Shown: piece after piece, positions 27,239-38,574 of the stretch
How the letters are laid out: each line of letters opens with the position of its first letter
How positions within the stretch are numbered: the first letter of the stretch is position 1
The notes under the pieces: model-generated
Told to the model about the DNA's origin: nothing
What the model saw: the letters and a program-made list of their open reading frames with translations, nothing else
Databases searched by the model: none
Position numbers and translations under genes: made by a program
Assembly (NCBI RefSeq): GCF_009914755.1
Contig: NC_060937.1
Reading direction: 5' to 3' (one strand)
DNA from: the human T2T-CHM13v2.0 reference genome, Homo sapiens
DNA length: 64,000 bases

Positions 27239-27536
27239 TTGTTTGTTTGTTTGTGTTTAGACAGGGACTTGCTTCTGCTGCCCAGGCTGGAGTGCAATGG
27301 CATGATTATGGCTCACTGCAGCCGCAAGCTCCCTGGACTCAAGTAACCCTCCCACCTCAGCCTCCTGAATAGCTGGGTATATAGGTGCACACCACCACAC
27401 CCAGCTAATTTTTAATTTTTTTTTTTTTGTAGAGGCAGGGTCTCACTGTGTTGTCCAGGCTGATCTGGACAAGCAATCCTCCCACCTCAGCCTCCCAAGG
27501 TGCTGAGATTACAGGCATGAGCCACCATATCTGGCC
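27239..27536 (-). mobile_element. AluJ SINE
   Basis: (TTTG)n tail. TSD AACATTTTAG at 27229-27238 and 27537-27546. Confidence 0.92.
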
Positions 27537-27846
27537 AACATTTTAGATCTTAATTGAAAACTTAGGAAAGTTGAATTATTGATCTTCAACTAAAATACAA
27601 CCTTCATAAAATGAGGGCTCAACATCACAGAATTTGGGGGAAGGGTGCTGGACCCAGAAAATTGGGTTCTGGGGCAGTATCTGCCCCTTTTAGATGCATG
27701 AGCTTTACAAGGCTCTTGAGATACCTGAGCCTGAGTCTATAATGCCTGAGGGCAGGTGCCACTCCTCCCTTTGACATCTTCGTTGTAGAGTTTCAGGAGG
27801 TGCAAATGTTCATTGATGAAAATTCCAGCAACCTTCCTTACAGGTA

Positions 27847-28178
27847 CAGTCATGCATTACTTAATGATGGGGATACATTCTGAGATATTCGTCATCAGGA
27901 AATTTTATCATTGTGTGAACATCATAGAGTATACACACACAAACCTAGATGAGATAGCCTACTACACACCTGGACTGTACGGAATAGCCTGTTGCTCCTA
28001 GGCTACAAACCTATACGACGTTACTGTTCTGAATACTGTAGGTGATTGCAACACAGTGGTAAGTATTTGTGTACTAAACACATCCTAAACATAGAAAAGG
28101 CACAGTAAAAATACAGCATTATAATCTTATAGGGCCACTGTCGTATATGCAAAAACATCGTTATGGGGCACATGACTG
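27847..28178 (-). mobile_element. Tigger3a (MER7A)-like DNA transposon
   Basis: TA|CAGTCATG...CATGACTG|TA terminal inverted repeats with TA target duplication. Homologous and opposite in orientation to 21528-22106. Confidence 0.9.
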
Positions 28179-28836
28179 TAAAAGTCAAATGCTTTCATGT
28201 GCATATGAGGCATATGAGATAATATACATATATAAAGTAAATTCTTAATGTAGGCAAAGACCATGTGTCTCAGACAACAAATGAGGGGTACACATGTGTT
28301 TCATCATAAAGAAGTTTTACTACAAGTTAGGGGCTAACTAGAAACTGAGGCTGTGTGCTTCTCAAAATGTTTTCTACTTCCTCCCCCTCATTATTAAAGT
28401 GTCTCAGTTATTGTCATTGTTTATATTTAATTTTCAGAAGGGAGATAAATAGTATTCAGTCATTCCTAAACATATTTGACTTAATTAATCCCCCCCACAC
28501 ACCCCACTCCACTTTTCTCTCTCTCTCTCTCTCTCTCTGTCTTTTTTTTTTTTTTTTTATGGTAAATCTTTTGGATCACTTGTTCTGAAGGATATGAGCT
28601 GGGAACTCATGACCAGAGATTCTAGAAAAGATGGAGGAGGCAGTGTTTTGGGAAATGACCTTTGGCAGTGTAAGAGAAGTTTGTCACCCCTTCGAGTCTG
28701 CAGCATATGGGATGTGGGAGGATGTATAGAACAGACAAGTTTGGTGGAGGTGCTCTTATAGCACAGCCCTTTCTGGGGGAGCCAGCTTCCAATTTGGAAG
28801 GGAGGGGATTTATTGAAGAGGTGAAAGGTATATGGG

Positions 28837-29298
28837 TGTTATAAGTTGTATTGTGTCCACCCAAAATTCTTATGTCAAAGTCCTAACCTGCTAGTACCTC
28901 AGCATGTGTGCTTGTTTAAAACTAGGGTCATTTCAGATGTATTGAGATGAGGTCATTAGGGTGGACCTCATCTTAATACACCTTTATAAGGACTGGTGTG
29001 TCCTTATAAAGAGGAGAAATTTGGACACAGGCACACAGGAAGAACGTCATGTGAAGATGAAGGCAGAGGTTGTGCGGTGCTTCTGCCAAGGAACGCCATG
29101 GAATGCTGAAGATGGCAGCAACCACCAGAGGCCGAAAGATGTCTGGAGCAGATTCTTTTTCTCAGACTTCGGAAGGAATCTACTCTGCCAACACCTTGAT
29201 CTACACCTCCGGCTTTCAGAGCTGTGACAATAAATTTCTGGTGTGGAAGCCATCCAGTTTATGGTGCTTGGTTACAGAAGCCCCAGGAAACTAATACA
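28837..29298 (+). mobile_element. MaLR solo LTR (MLT1C/B-like)
   Basis: TGTTATAAGTTGTATTGTGTCC..., CTGCCAACACCTTGAT, AATAAATTTCTG. Ends GGAAACTAATACA. Degenerate 5-bp TSD ATGGG/AGGGG. Confidence 0.9.
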
Positions 29299-30772
29299 AG
29301 GGGAGATGTTAGCATGGAGAATTCCAGCAGAATTCTATCAGAGTGGTGGATGGTCCAGTAAAGGGAAAGCGAGGAAATCGTGAGAATTGTTCCCTTTGTG
29401 GGTGGTCACTAAAGTATGGGAGCAGAGCTGCACTTCTGCATGTGGATTTGCCGGCCACATGTTTCATTTGTAATGGTAGATGTATCATCAGGTTCTGGCA
29501 TGTGTGGGACAGGAAACGCCTGAAGGAATTTTAGACAAATGTGTCCTGAGATGTCCAGCAGCACCACTGAAAGAGTACCACAGTGATTTGTTCTAGAGCT
29601 TTCAACAAGTTGATCAGTTTCATCCACTTCACCTGTTGCTGGGTTTTTCTTAACCTTAGCAAGAACACTAATTAGTTATGAAAACCTATATTGATGAATG
29701 AGGTGAAGGCGGTGAGGAACATGCATACTCTCTGTTAGCCATTGATTCATTCATTAGTGGACTGCTCTGGGAAAGAGTATTTCAGATTATAAGAAAAGCT
29801 CCAAAATGTTGTAGGATGTCAGTTAATCCTATGACTACATCTACTACTTATGAAAGAAGTATGTACTGTCATTTGGAACAGTATAAATGTTTAAAGTCAT
29901 TAACTATCTTATATTGTGGGTCTGGTTTAGTAATTTTTACAAACTAACATCTTCCAGTGTGTGCCTTGATCTTGTAGGAGGGAAGATATTGAAATTCAGC
30001 GTGAATTTTCTTTGGCAATTGCCCGATTCTTTTTCATTTTTCTGTTTATAAACCAATTTGAGTGCAGTGGATTTTACTTACTTAATCCTGAAACTGTATG
30101 CAGCATATCTTTTCTTCTTTGGCGGCTGCTTCACTGCTGTTGAAATCAGCTCTCATGCCTGCACATGGCATCTGGCTCACTCACCACCCCCCCGCGTGTA
30201 TGTGCGCCCTTCTCTGTGAGCCGGTGGCTCAGCTGCCCACAAATGCAAGTCTGTGGGTCAGAGATGGTACTGAGAAGTGGAAAACTGTGCGTGTGTTTGC
30301 ACATTTCATTTAGACTGTACTTCCCTTAGTCCTTTCAAAAGAACTAAAGCGGGGGGAGGGGAGAACTTAATTTTTATACAGATTGTTCTGTATTTTCACA
30401 ATGAGATCATTTCAGTTACATCAGTGATAAAAATAATTAGGAAGTAATAGTGGGCTGATAATTAGATTGGGAGCAACAAGATGGTGTTATTGATCCTAGC
30501 CCAGCTGTGTCCTTATTATGAGATGTTGGTTAGAATTCTCAATAGCCACTGGGGTGATAGGAACCTGCCTCAGACAGTGTTTGTAATAAAAACTTGCTAC
30601 AAGGCATGTTGTGAAATTAAAATGCATTCATCTAGAGAGAAATCCTGGAGTTTCTTATCGTTGCTAATTAGAAACAGGTTGTATTTTCAGAGGAAAGGAC
30701 CTTAAATGTATTTTCCGAGAATGTTTTTACGGTTGCATGACATGACTTGGGGAGTACATAGGGGAGCACTAG

Positions 30773-31122
<350 letters not shown>

Positions 31123-34100
31123 TAGGAATTTGGAGGATGTGGCTGGGATGCTCATGGCATAGAACTCAGCTTGCTCCTTGTTTTCCTGAAGCTGACATGA
31201 CAAGCCCCATGCGTTATGCCGTGAGCGTTTGATGTCAATGGGAAGTGGCGTGCTCAGTGACAGGAGCCAGCCTAGACTGTAAAGTCAACTTACAATGAAC
31301 TTATCTTTATTTATGTCCTGTTTTGGTTCCAACGACTGGACATGGACATTTGATTTGGCATCATTTTCAGTATTATCTCATGAGGACTCTTGGAATATTT
31401 CATTTGCTTGGTCTACATCTATCTAGGCTCTGGACTATGTATCCACTCTATGATCAAACTTGGAATTTTCCTGATGCCTGGGGATGGGCTGGAGTGTTTA
31501 CAAGTGGAGTAAATATGAATTCAGCCAAGATATAATTGATACAAAGAGAGGGTAGTATTTAAGGATTGAGATGACACTTGTATGAATGAAATAAAGGCCA
31601 GGATTGGTTTCTAGTGCCAATAGAACTTTGATTGCTTATTCTTTAAGTAAGATTACTTTTAAGCAAGCAAACAAAAACCACCTGAGTTTTTTGAATCATC
31701 CTCTAGTTCAGTTTCTTAGGAATGCAGTGCCAAAAATGGTATTTTAGTAAAAGAGAAACTGTGTCAGGATACATCACTCTGAATGTGACAGCATGCTAGG
31801 CAGGAGGCTGACTACATCCTATCATGTTGATGGTTTATATTGTTTTCACCACACTCCAGATGCCTGGAGCTGTGGGCTGACTTCTCGTTGATCTGCAGTG
31901 AGCCTCTGTAAAAATGTTCTTTAATACCCAAGAGATACCCTGTTGCAAATAATACTTTTCAGAAAAGTCTTTAAAATTCAGGTAAAGGCAATTCATTCAT
32001 ATGAGTTGTTTCTCCAGCTGAAATTGGCATTCTCAATGATGTTCTCAATGAACTGATGATAAAGCCAACTCAAGACCTCCCACCCCCAAAAAACTCCCAA
32101 ACGCCCAAAACTGTCGTGAAAAGAAGGAAGTCTTGTTCATGGCTCTCAGGATGTCTGTAGGAATTTGCACACTGACATGAACTTAAAGCAGGACAGATGG
32201 ATGGCAAGGGCTGTGCATCTCATTGGATATTTAACTTGGGAAATGAGAACAGTGAGTCTAGCACGTAGGCAAATAAAGTTCTGCAGAATGAAGCTGATTA
32301 AAGAATTTGAATTTGAACCTGGAAGGACTTCTATGGTCCTTTCTATGTATGTAATGGTGTTTTTGTAGGTAAATATTTGAGGTTACTCTGTATAGTAGGT
32401 TCAAATGTTTGTGAAATTGCCTTAGAGTTAGAAAACAATTAACCCAGGTTGAGTCTATTATGTTTCCTGCTCATTTGTGGGAAAGCTGGTGATCCCACAC
32501 TGAAAGGAAACTGGACCAGCACCTTCTCTTCCCTGGACGGACGTTATTCATGCCCCAGCAGCAATAACAATGCCTCGTCTCAAGAGCTAAAAATCTGTTG
32601 ATTCCAGCTGAAGTGTTTAGAGAAAAGTGCATTGAAGACTGAACCATATAAACAGGTCAGAGTGAAAGCCAATTTTTATAACCAGAGTCAAAATCAGTGT
32701 GGAATAATTCATAGGTCATTCTTAATTTTATGTTAAACATTGTGCTAGATTATCTCCATCTTTTTGGCCCGTGCTTTCAAAATATCCCCATGATCAAAGC
32801 TTCTTAGATAGGATATGTTTCCCTCCATTGTGGGGAAACACAGAGCCTATGGTCGTTCTGTCCTGCGAGCCTCTGCTTCCTCTGCAAAGTGAGAGCTCCT
32901 TTTCCTTGTGTTTCCTGACCTCATCCAAGGGTTTTTAAATTATTTTCTAAGGGAGGGTGTCACTGTCTTTGGAAAGATCTAAAATAGCAAATTTTTGTTT
33001 TCCTGTATACATATAAGAAAACTGGAAGGAGGGATCAGTAGAAACTTAGGTCTACCTTAGCTACAATTCATTTATTTATTCAGTAGCAATAATAGAGGAT
33101 TCGTGCCTGTTAGAGCCATAGCGCTTGAGCAGGCAAACAGGCCTCATCTGCCGTGCTCCTTGGGCTCTCATCTTCATAAGGAGGACAGTATTGTGGGAAG
33201 GTTAGTAGCGAAGTCAGTTTTCAGTGTCGCATTTCCAAATTTTTGTGGTCTTTCCACATAAGAGTTTGAAAATATAAAGGGCTTCAATTCGAACTGTTTG
33301 GCAGATGTAGCAAAAGGTATCCTGTGGGTCCTTTTATTCATGTTTGTTTCATGTCTTCCACATACCTGATAACTCTTACAGAACAGTACGTGCTGGAGTG
33401 GAGGAGGTAAGCTCAGTCATGGAGGAGGGGTTAGACACGTGGAGGTGTGCTTAAGTAGACCAAAAGCTCTGCAAGGGGTTTAGCATCGCCTGGGGATACA
33501 ATGCGTGGGGAGGGGTTTGTTTAGGGAAGAATTTCAGGATGTCAGGATGTGTGCTTTATAGATAACAATTTCATTTAACCTTTAAAATCCCCCGAAGTAT
33601 GGATCAGCTCCATTTTACAGATTAGGACAGAGTTGCAGTGAGTAGCCCAAAGACATGCCAACACATTGACTAAAATAACATTGAATCACCAAGAAATGTT
33701 CTTCAGGGATGTAAAATGCACCAAGTTTGACTTTCCTAAGCTGACGTTTTTAGCTGGCTTTGTTCAGATATTTTTCTACAAGTATATAAGTTTTGTTTTA
33801 TTACAAAGACATTTATTGGGTTTTAAAAATTCATTCAGCCAATCATTCAGAAAATCTATAAGGGTTAACTACTGACATTTGTAGTTCATTCTGATTTAGG
33901 AATCACCATATGGTTTAAATTCCAATTTGAGAAAAAAATTACTAAGTAGAGATATATTTGTATCATCATATTTGTTTAAGCTCTGGGTTTCCAAAACAGT
34001 GTATATAGATAGTATTGGACATTGTGAATGGGCTAGTTTAAATTAAGAACAATTTCACTCATAGCAGAAAAATTATTTTTCGATGAAAGGAGATGATAGG

Positions 34101-35189
34101 ATTTTCCCCCCATGCTGTTTCATGTTGAAGATATTTCAGCAAATTGGTCAGAGTTCTGCCAAAGTATTTTGAATGTTCTTTAGAAGTGTTTGGAATGACC
34201 TGATTTTTCTCCTCAGGACACATCTGAATTTTCTTAGGCTTTTGGAACTCTTTTTTTGTTTTAAATGTTACATAAGCTCTTTGGTTCGAGCATTGAATGA
34301 CATGTTATGACATTTAAGGGGAAAAAATTTTATAAGCATTAATCAATGTAAGATATTTGTTGCTTTTTCATTCGACCCCATCCAGCTTTCATCCTGATGC
34401 ACACCATACTGGAGGCATGGCTGCTTGTTTAATTGTTTAGTGCAGAACGCGGTTTGATCTCTTTCTTGTGCTTTCAGTGCTGGTAAATTAATCAAAAGAA
34501 GTTACTGCTCTGCTGGGCATTAGCATGGGTTTAGATGTTTCTGCTTCAGGGCCTGTTCATCAACTAAAATGCTTTTAAGCCCCAAATGGAGAGTAAACAG
34601 CGTTGCTGCGGCCACTTTGAGGTGAGCCATTACTTGTGACCCGCTTACATTTGGGAAGGGGCCTGTTTGTATTAGCAGTTATTCTGGTTTGGGTTATAGC
34701 ATTTTCAAAATGTTTTTTCTCCTTTTTATTTTAGTGTTTTTAGTATTTGTAAAGAGTGCCCCCCATCACCACCATGTATATACACATAGGCATTTCAATA
34801 ACAGTATGTGGAGATTAAAATCAGTGGACATTTCTATGAAGTTTGAAAGGTGAAATGTGTATCTTCACCATGGCTTGTAGTGAGAGGACAGTGAAATTAT
34901 AATGCCAATTGAGATAGCAGATAGCAGAATAGTTTTGACTAACATGAAATTGTGGATCCTTAGGTTGTTTTTCTGTCTTCCGTGAAATAAAAGTTGACAC
35001 TTTCTAACTCTTGGCAGCAGGTGGGCCAGGCATTTGGGAGGCACTGCAGACGCTGAAGAGAACAGACCTTTGCCTTGCAGGAATCAGTCCTTCCAGGAAG
35101 ACAGGCCTGGAAATGGTGATTTCTGGGCATGGGCTGAGTATTCTGATGGGAAGAGAGTGGAGGAGGGGGAAGTGAAGCTGGCAGAGGGG

Positions 35190-35575
35190 AAGGAGGGCCT
35201 GACGGAGATGGGAGAAGCATCAGAGGACCCCGCCAGGAAGGAGACGACACTGGAGGTGGTCTTCAGGATAGAGCTGAAGTTAGCCGAGGGGAGTCCAGAT
35301 GCGAGGGAGTTTGCGGTGCAGGTTTTGTCTGGAGAAAAGCAGAGCAGTGGGAATGTGGGTGAGGAGGGGGTGTAGGCAGCAGGGAATCATGACGCAGGCA
35401 TTGTCACATCGATGTCAGAGCAGGAGGCTGTGCTCGGTGGGGGCAGTCAGAAAGCCCCTTGAGTGAGCAGCTACAGAGCTTAGGCTGTTCCTGGGGCAAG
35501 GGAGATGGGAGGAATTTAAGAAAGAGTGGGACAGCTTTGCCTTAGGAGCAGACCAAGGCTGCGGTGTAGACAGGC
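35190..35575 (-). mobile_element. Diverged L2 fragment
   Basis: Purine-rich L2-antisense motifs (GGAAGCATCAGAGGA..CAGGAAGGAGACGACA..GGAATTTAAGAAAGAG). Confidence 0.5.
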
Positions 35576-35740
35576 AGCAGCCAACTCATGTTCCTTCCGA
35601 TTTTCTTTAAAACTGGAAAGGAAGTTAAAATGGGACATTCTGGTCACTATAGAGTAGAATGAATGCCTGATGATAACTGTCACATTGTCTCTTTAGTTTC
35701 TAATTGTTGACATCTAAGTTTGTTTTTAAAATAATTATTT

Positions 35741-35886
35741 GGCCAGGCATGGTGGCACGTACCACTAGTCCTGGCTACTAAGGAGGCTGAGATGGGGGAT
35801 TGCTTCAGCCCAGGAGTTTGAGTCCAGCCTGGGCAACATAGCAAGACCACATCTCTAAAAAATAAAACAAAACAAAACAAAAAAAC
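35741..35886 (+). mobile_element. FLAM Alu monomer
   Basis: Single monomer GGCCAGGCATGGTGG...CCTGGGCAACATAGCAAGACC plus A-rich tail. AATTATTT flanks. Confidence 0.88.
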
Positions 35887-37283
35887 GAAGAAGAAGAATT
35901 ATTTGCATGTATGTGAGCTCCTGTTTGTATACGAAACAACCAAGTTCATCTTTAGAAATCATCTGATTGTCTCAATATTTATTTACTTATTTGTGTCCCT
36001 CTAAAGCCACAGTAAGGAGAACTTCGGTGAAGTCCTCCCTGAAGGGTCACTGGTCCAGTTCGTGTGGAAGACAGGCCGGTGTCCAGAAAGCAGCTCCTGA
36101 CCCAGGCAGAGCAGGCTGCATTTCTCAGAGTAGTCGCTAGAGTTTTCAGGAGACCAAATAAAATAGTACACATCTGTGTGTAGTTACCAAAGCCAGGAAC
36201 ACGGGCCCTAACTGTGGGCAGTTTCCCTCTGCTAGTGCCCCCTCTTCCTTGGTTACTCTCATCTGTCTCTAGTTTTGGGCCATACACTGTGCCCACCCCC
36301 ACACTGAAGCAGCCTCCCTCCCCACAGCTATCCCCCCGATTCTGACTCCCACCTGCTTCCATGTTGCTCTGCCCGGCTCCCATTCCGAAGGCCGGTGGTT
36401 TCAGCCCAGCTTTGGGAGCACCGTAGATACTTTCAGTTCAGCAGGGCCCTTCGCCCCACCACGTGATGGGATTCTAGAAATGAGTGTGTTCGAGTAATAG
36501 GGAGGAAGTGTGGGGAGCCTGGGGGCCCTGTCGGCAGGTACCTCATATGTGTAGTTTTGGCATCGAGTTTATACGAGCACATGGGCATCAAAAAGCTTGC
36601 GAAGAAAAGTCCTCTTCTGCTCGATGTATACAAAACTTCTGTTTTGAAAGAGTTGCTTGGGGAAAAAAAAAAGGAATCTTTTTGGAATTACACGTGTAGT
36701 TCACTAAAGTATTCCTAGTGACAACATAGCCATGTTTAAAGCCTGAGATTGTGTTGTTCTCTGTCCAGGGTCCAACAGGGAACTGAAATCTTGGAGGTTT
36801 TCAGCACCACAGTGTATCAGAGCACTCACAGAGAGCTTGGGAGTCTCAATGACAAAGGCGCCCGTGGGCTCACAGCTAGTACTGCGTCTTTGGTGGACAA
36901 AAGCTCCATTTTCCTGATAAAATTTAGCTTACTGTGCAAATGTGATTTATTTGGTGGGTTTCCTGATTCTCCTACAAGGAGATTCTCTGTGGTTATTTGA
37001 AAGTAACTAAGTCAACCTCCCATACCTTGGCTTACTTTGAATTCAACCTCGTCAACAGATGCCCTGAGGGCCCCAGACTGTAATAAGCAGCTCTGCTACA
37101 GTGCCTACCAGAAGGGTAAAGGCACAGTGCAAAGAAATGGCAACATCTTGTTTTCTAGGACTTCTTCAAATACCTTGTACTTGGAAAGTTATGATGGAAA
37201 TATCCTGTAATGTAGCATCACTGAAATGGCTTCATTTTAGGCAAGGATTGTAAAGCTTTAAAATTGAGTGAAACCTTGAAGTG

Positions 37284-37593
37284 TTTTTATTATTTATTTA
37301 TTTTATTTTATGATTTTTTTTTCTTTTAAGAGACAGGGTCTCACTCTATCACCCGAGCACAGTCATGGCTCACTACAGCCTCCAACTCCTGGATTCAAGC
37401 GATCTTCCTGCCTCAGCCTCCTGAGTAGCTGGGACTACAGGCGTGATTGCCATGACTGGCTAATTTTAAAATTTTCTGTAGAGACAAGGTCTCGCTATGT
37501 TGCCCAGGCTGGTCTTGAACTTTTGGGCTCAAGCAGTCCTCCCACCTAAGCCCAGGAGTTTGGCCTCCCAAAGTGCTGGGATTAAGCCTGGCC
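37284..37593 (-). mobile_element. AluJ SINE with small internal deletions and an insertion
   Basis: GAGACAGGGTCTCACTCT...GTTGCCCAGGCTGGTCTTGAAC...CCCAAAGTGCTGGGATTA. Confidence 0.9.
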
Positions 37594-37853
37594 TGAATTG
37601 TATTTACACTGCTTTTAATAACTTATTTGCTTTTTCTTTACAAAAGTAATCTATGTTAATAATATAAGCAGAAATAATAAAATGAAGGAATAATACAGCC
37701 AAATCAGAGATAACCACTTTCTAAATCATTTTCTCCTGAAGTTTTATCACTGCATGTATATGTATGTATACATCTAGTATGTGTCTAAAATTGGATGCTA
37801 CTGTTACGTGTACTGTTGTAATTTGCTTTCTTCATTCAACAATAGGTAGTGAG

Positions 37854-37916
37854 GGCCAGGCACAGTGGCTCAGGCTCATGCCTATAATCCCAGCACTTTG
37901 GGGGGCCAAGGCAAGA
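37854..37916 (+). mobile_element. Alu 5' fragment only
   Basis: GGCCAGGCACAGTGGCTCA(GGCTCA)TGCCTATAATCCCAGCACTTTGG, then an abrupt switch to non-Alu sequence. Confidence 0.85.
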
Positions 37917-38039
37917 GAGTACCAATGGGCATATATATTGGTGCAGTCCTACGTAAAGGCAATCTGAATACAAATTTTACATGTGCATAACTTCTGAATA
38001 GGCAGCTTGGCTATTTATCCTAAGAAATTTATCCTAAGA

Positions 38040-38324
38040 GGCCAGGCGCAGTGGCTCACGTCTGTAATCCCAACACTTTGGGAGGCTGAGGCAGGTGGAT
38101 CACTTGGGGTCAGGAGTTCAAGACCAGCCTGGCCAATGTGGTGAAACCCCATCTCTACTACAAATACAGAAATTAGCCAGGAGTGGTGGCATACCCCTGT
38201 AGTCCTAGCTACTTGGGGGACTGAGGCAGGAGAATCGCTTGAACCCGGGAAAAGGTTGCAGTGAGCCGAGATCATACTCTTGCACTCCAGCCGGGGCGAC
38301 AGAGTGAGACTCTAAAAAAAAAGA
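38040..38324 (+). mobile_element. AluSx-like SINE
   Basis: Full dimer. 18-bp TSD AAGAAATTTATC(C/T)TAAGA at 38022-38039 and 38325-38342. Confidence 0.94.
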
Positions 38325-38470
38325 AAGAAATTTATCTTAAGAAAGTAAATGGATAAATAGACAAGGTCATAGGCACAGTCACTAGCTTATTGTTCATCAG
38401 CAGGTCCTTGAGAGTGCAGTAGATGTAAAATGTATTGTTCTGGAAGAATGGACATATGCTGACTGCATGG

Positions 38471-38574
38471 TTTTTTGTTTTGTTTTGTGTTTAGAGACAG
38501 GGTCTCACTATGTTGCCCAGGCTGGAGTGCAGTGGCAGTGCAAGCATAGCTCAATGCAGCCTCTAACTCCTGGC
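38471..38574 (-). mobile_element. AluJ 3' fragment
   Basis: GAGACAGGGTCTCACTATGTTGCCCAGGCTGGAGTGCAGTGGC. Confidence 0.85.

Noticed and set aside
35034-35375. 113-aa acidic ORF
   Set aside because: Purine-rich sequence overlapping a probable antisense L2. No recognisable domain.
36800-36825. REST/NRSF RE1 site (TTCAGCACCAC)
   Set aside because: Only the left half-site is present. The GGACAG half is missing.
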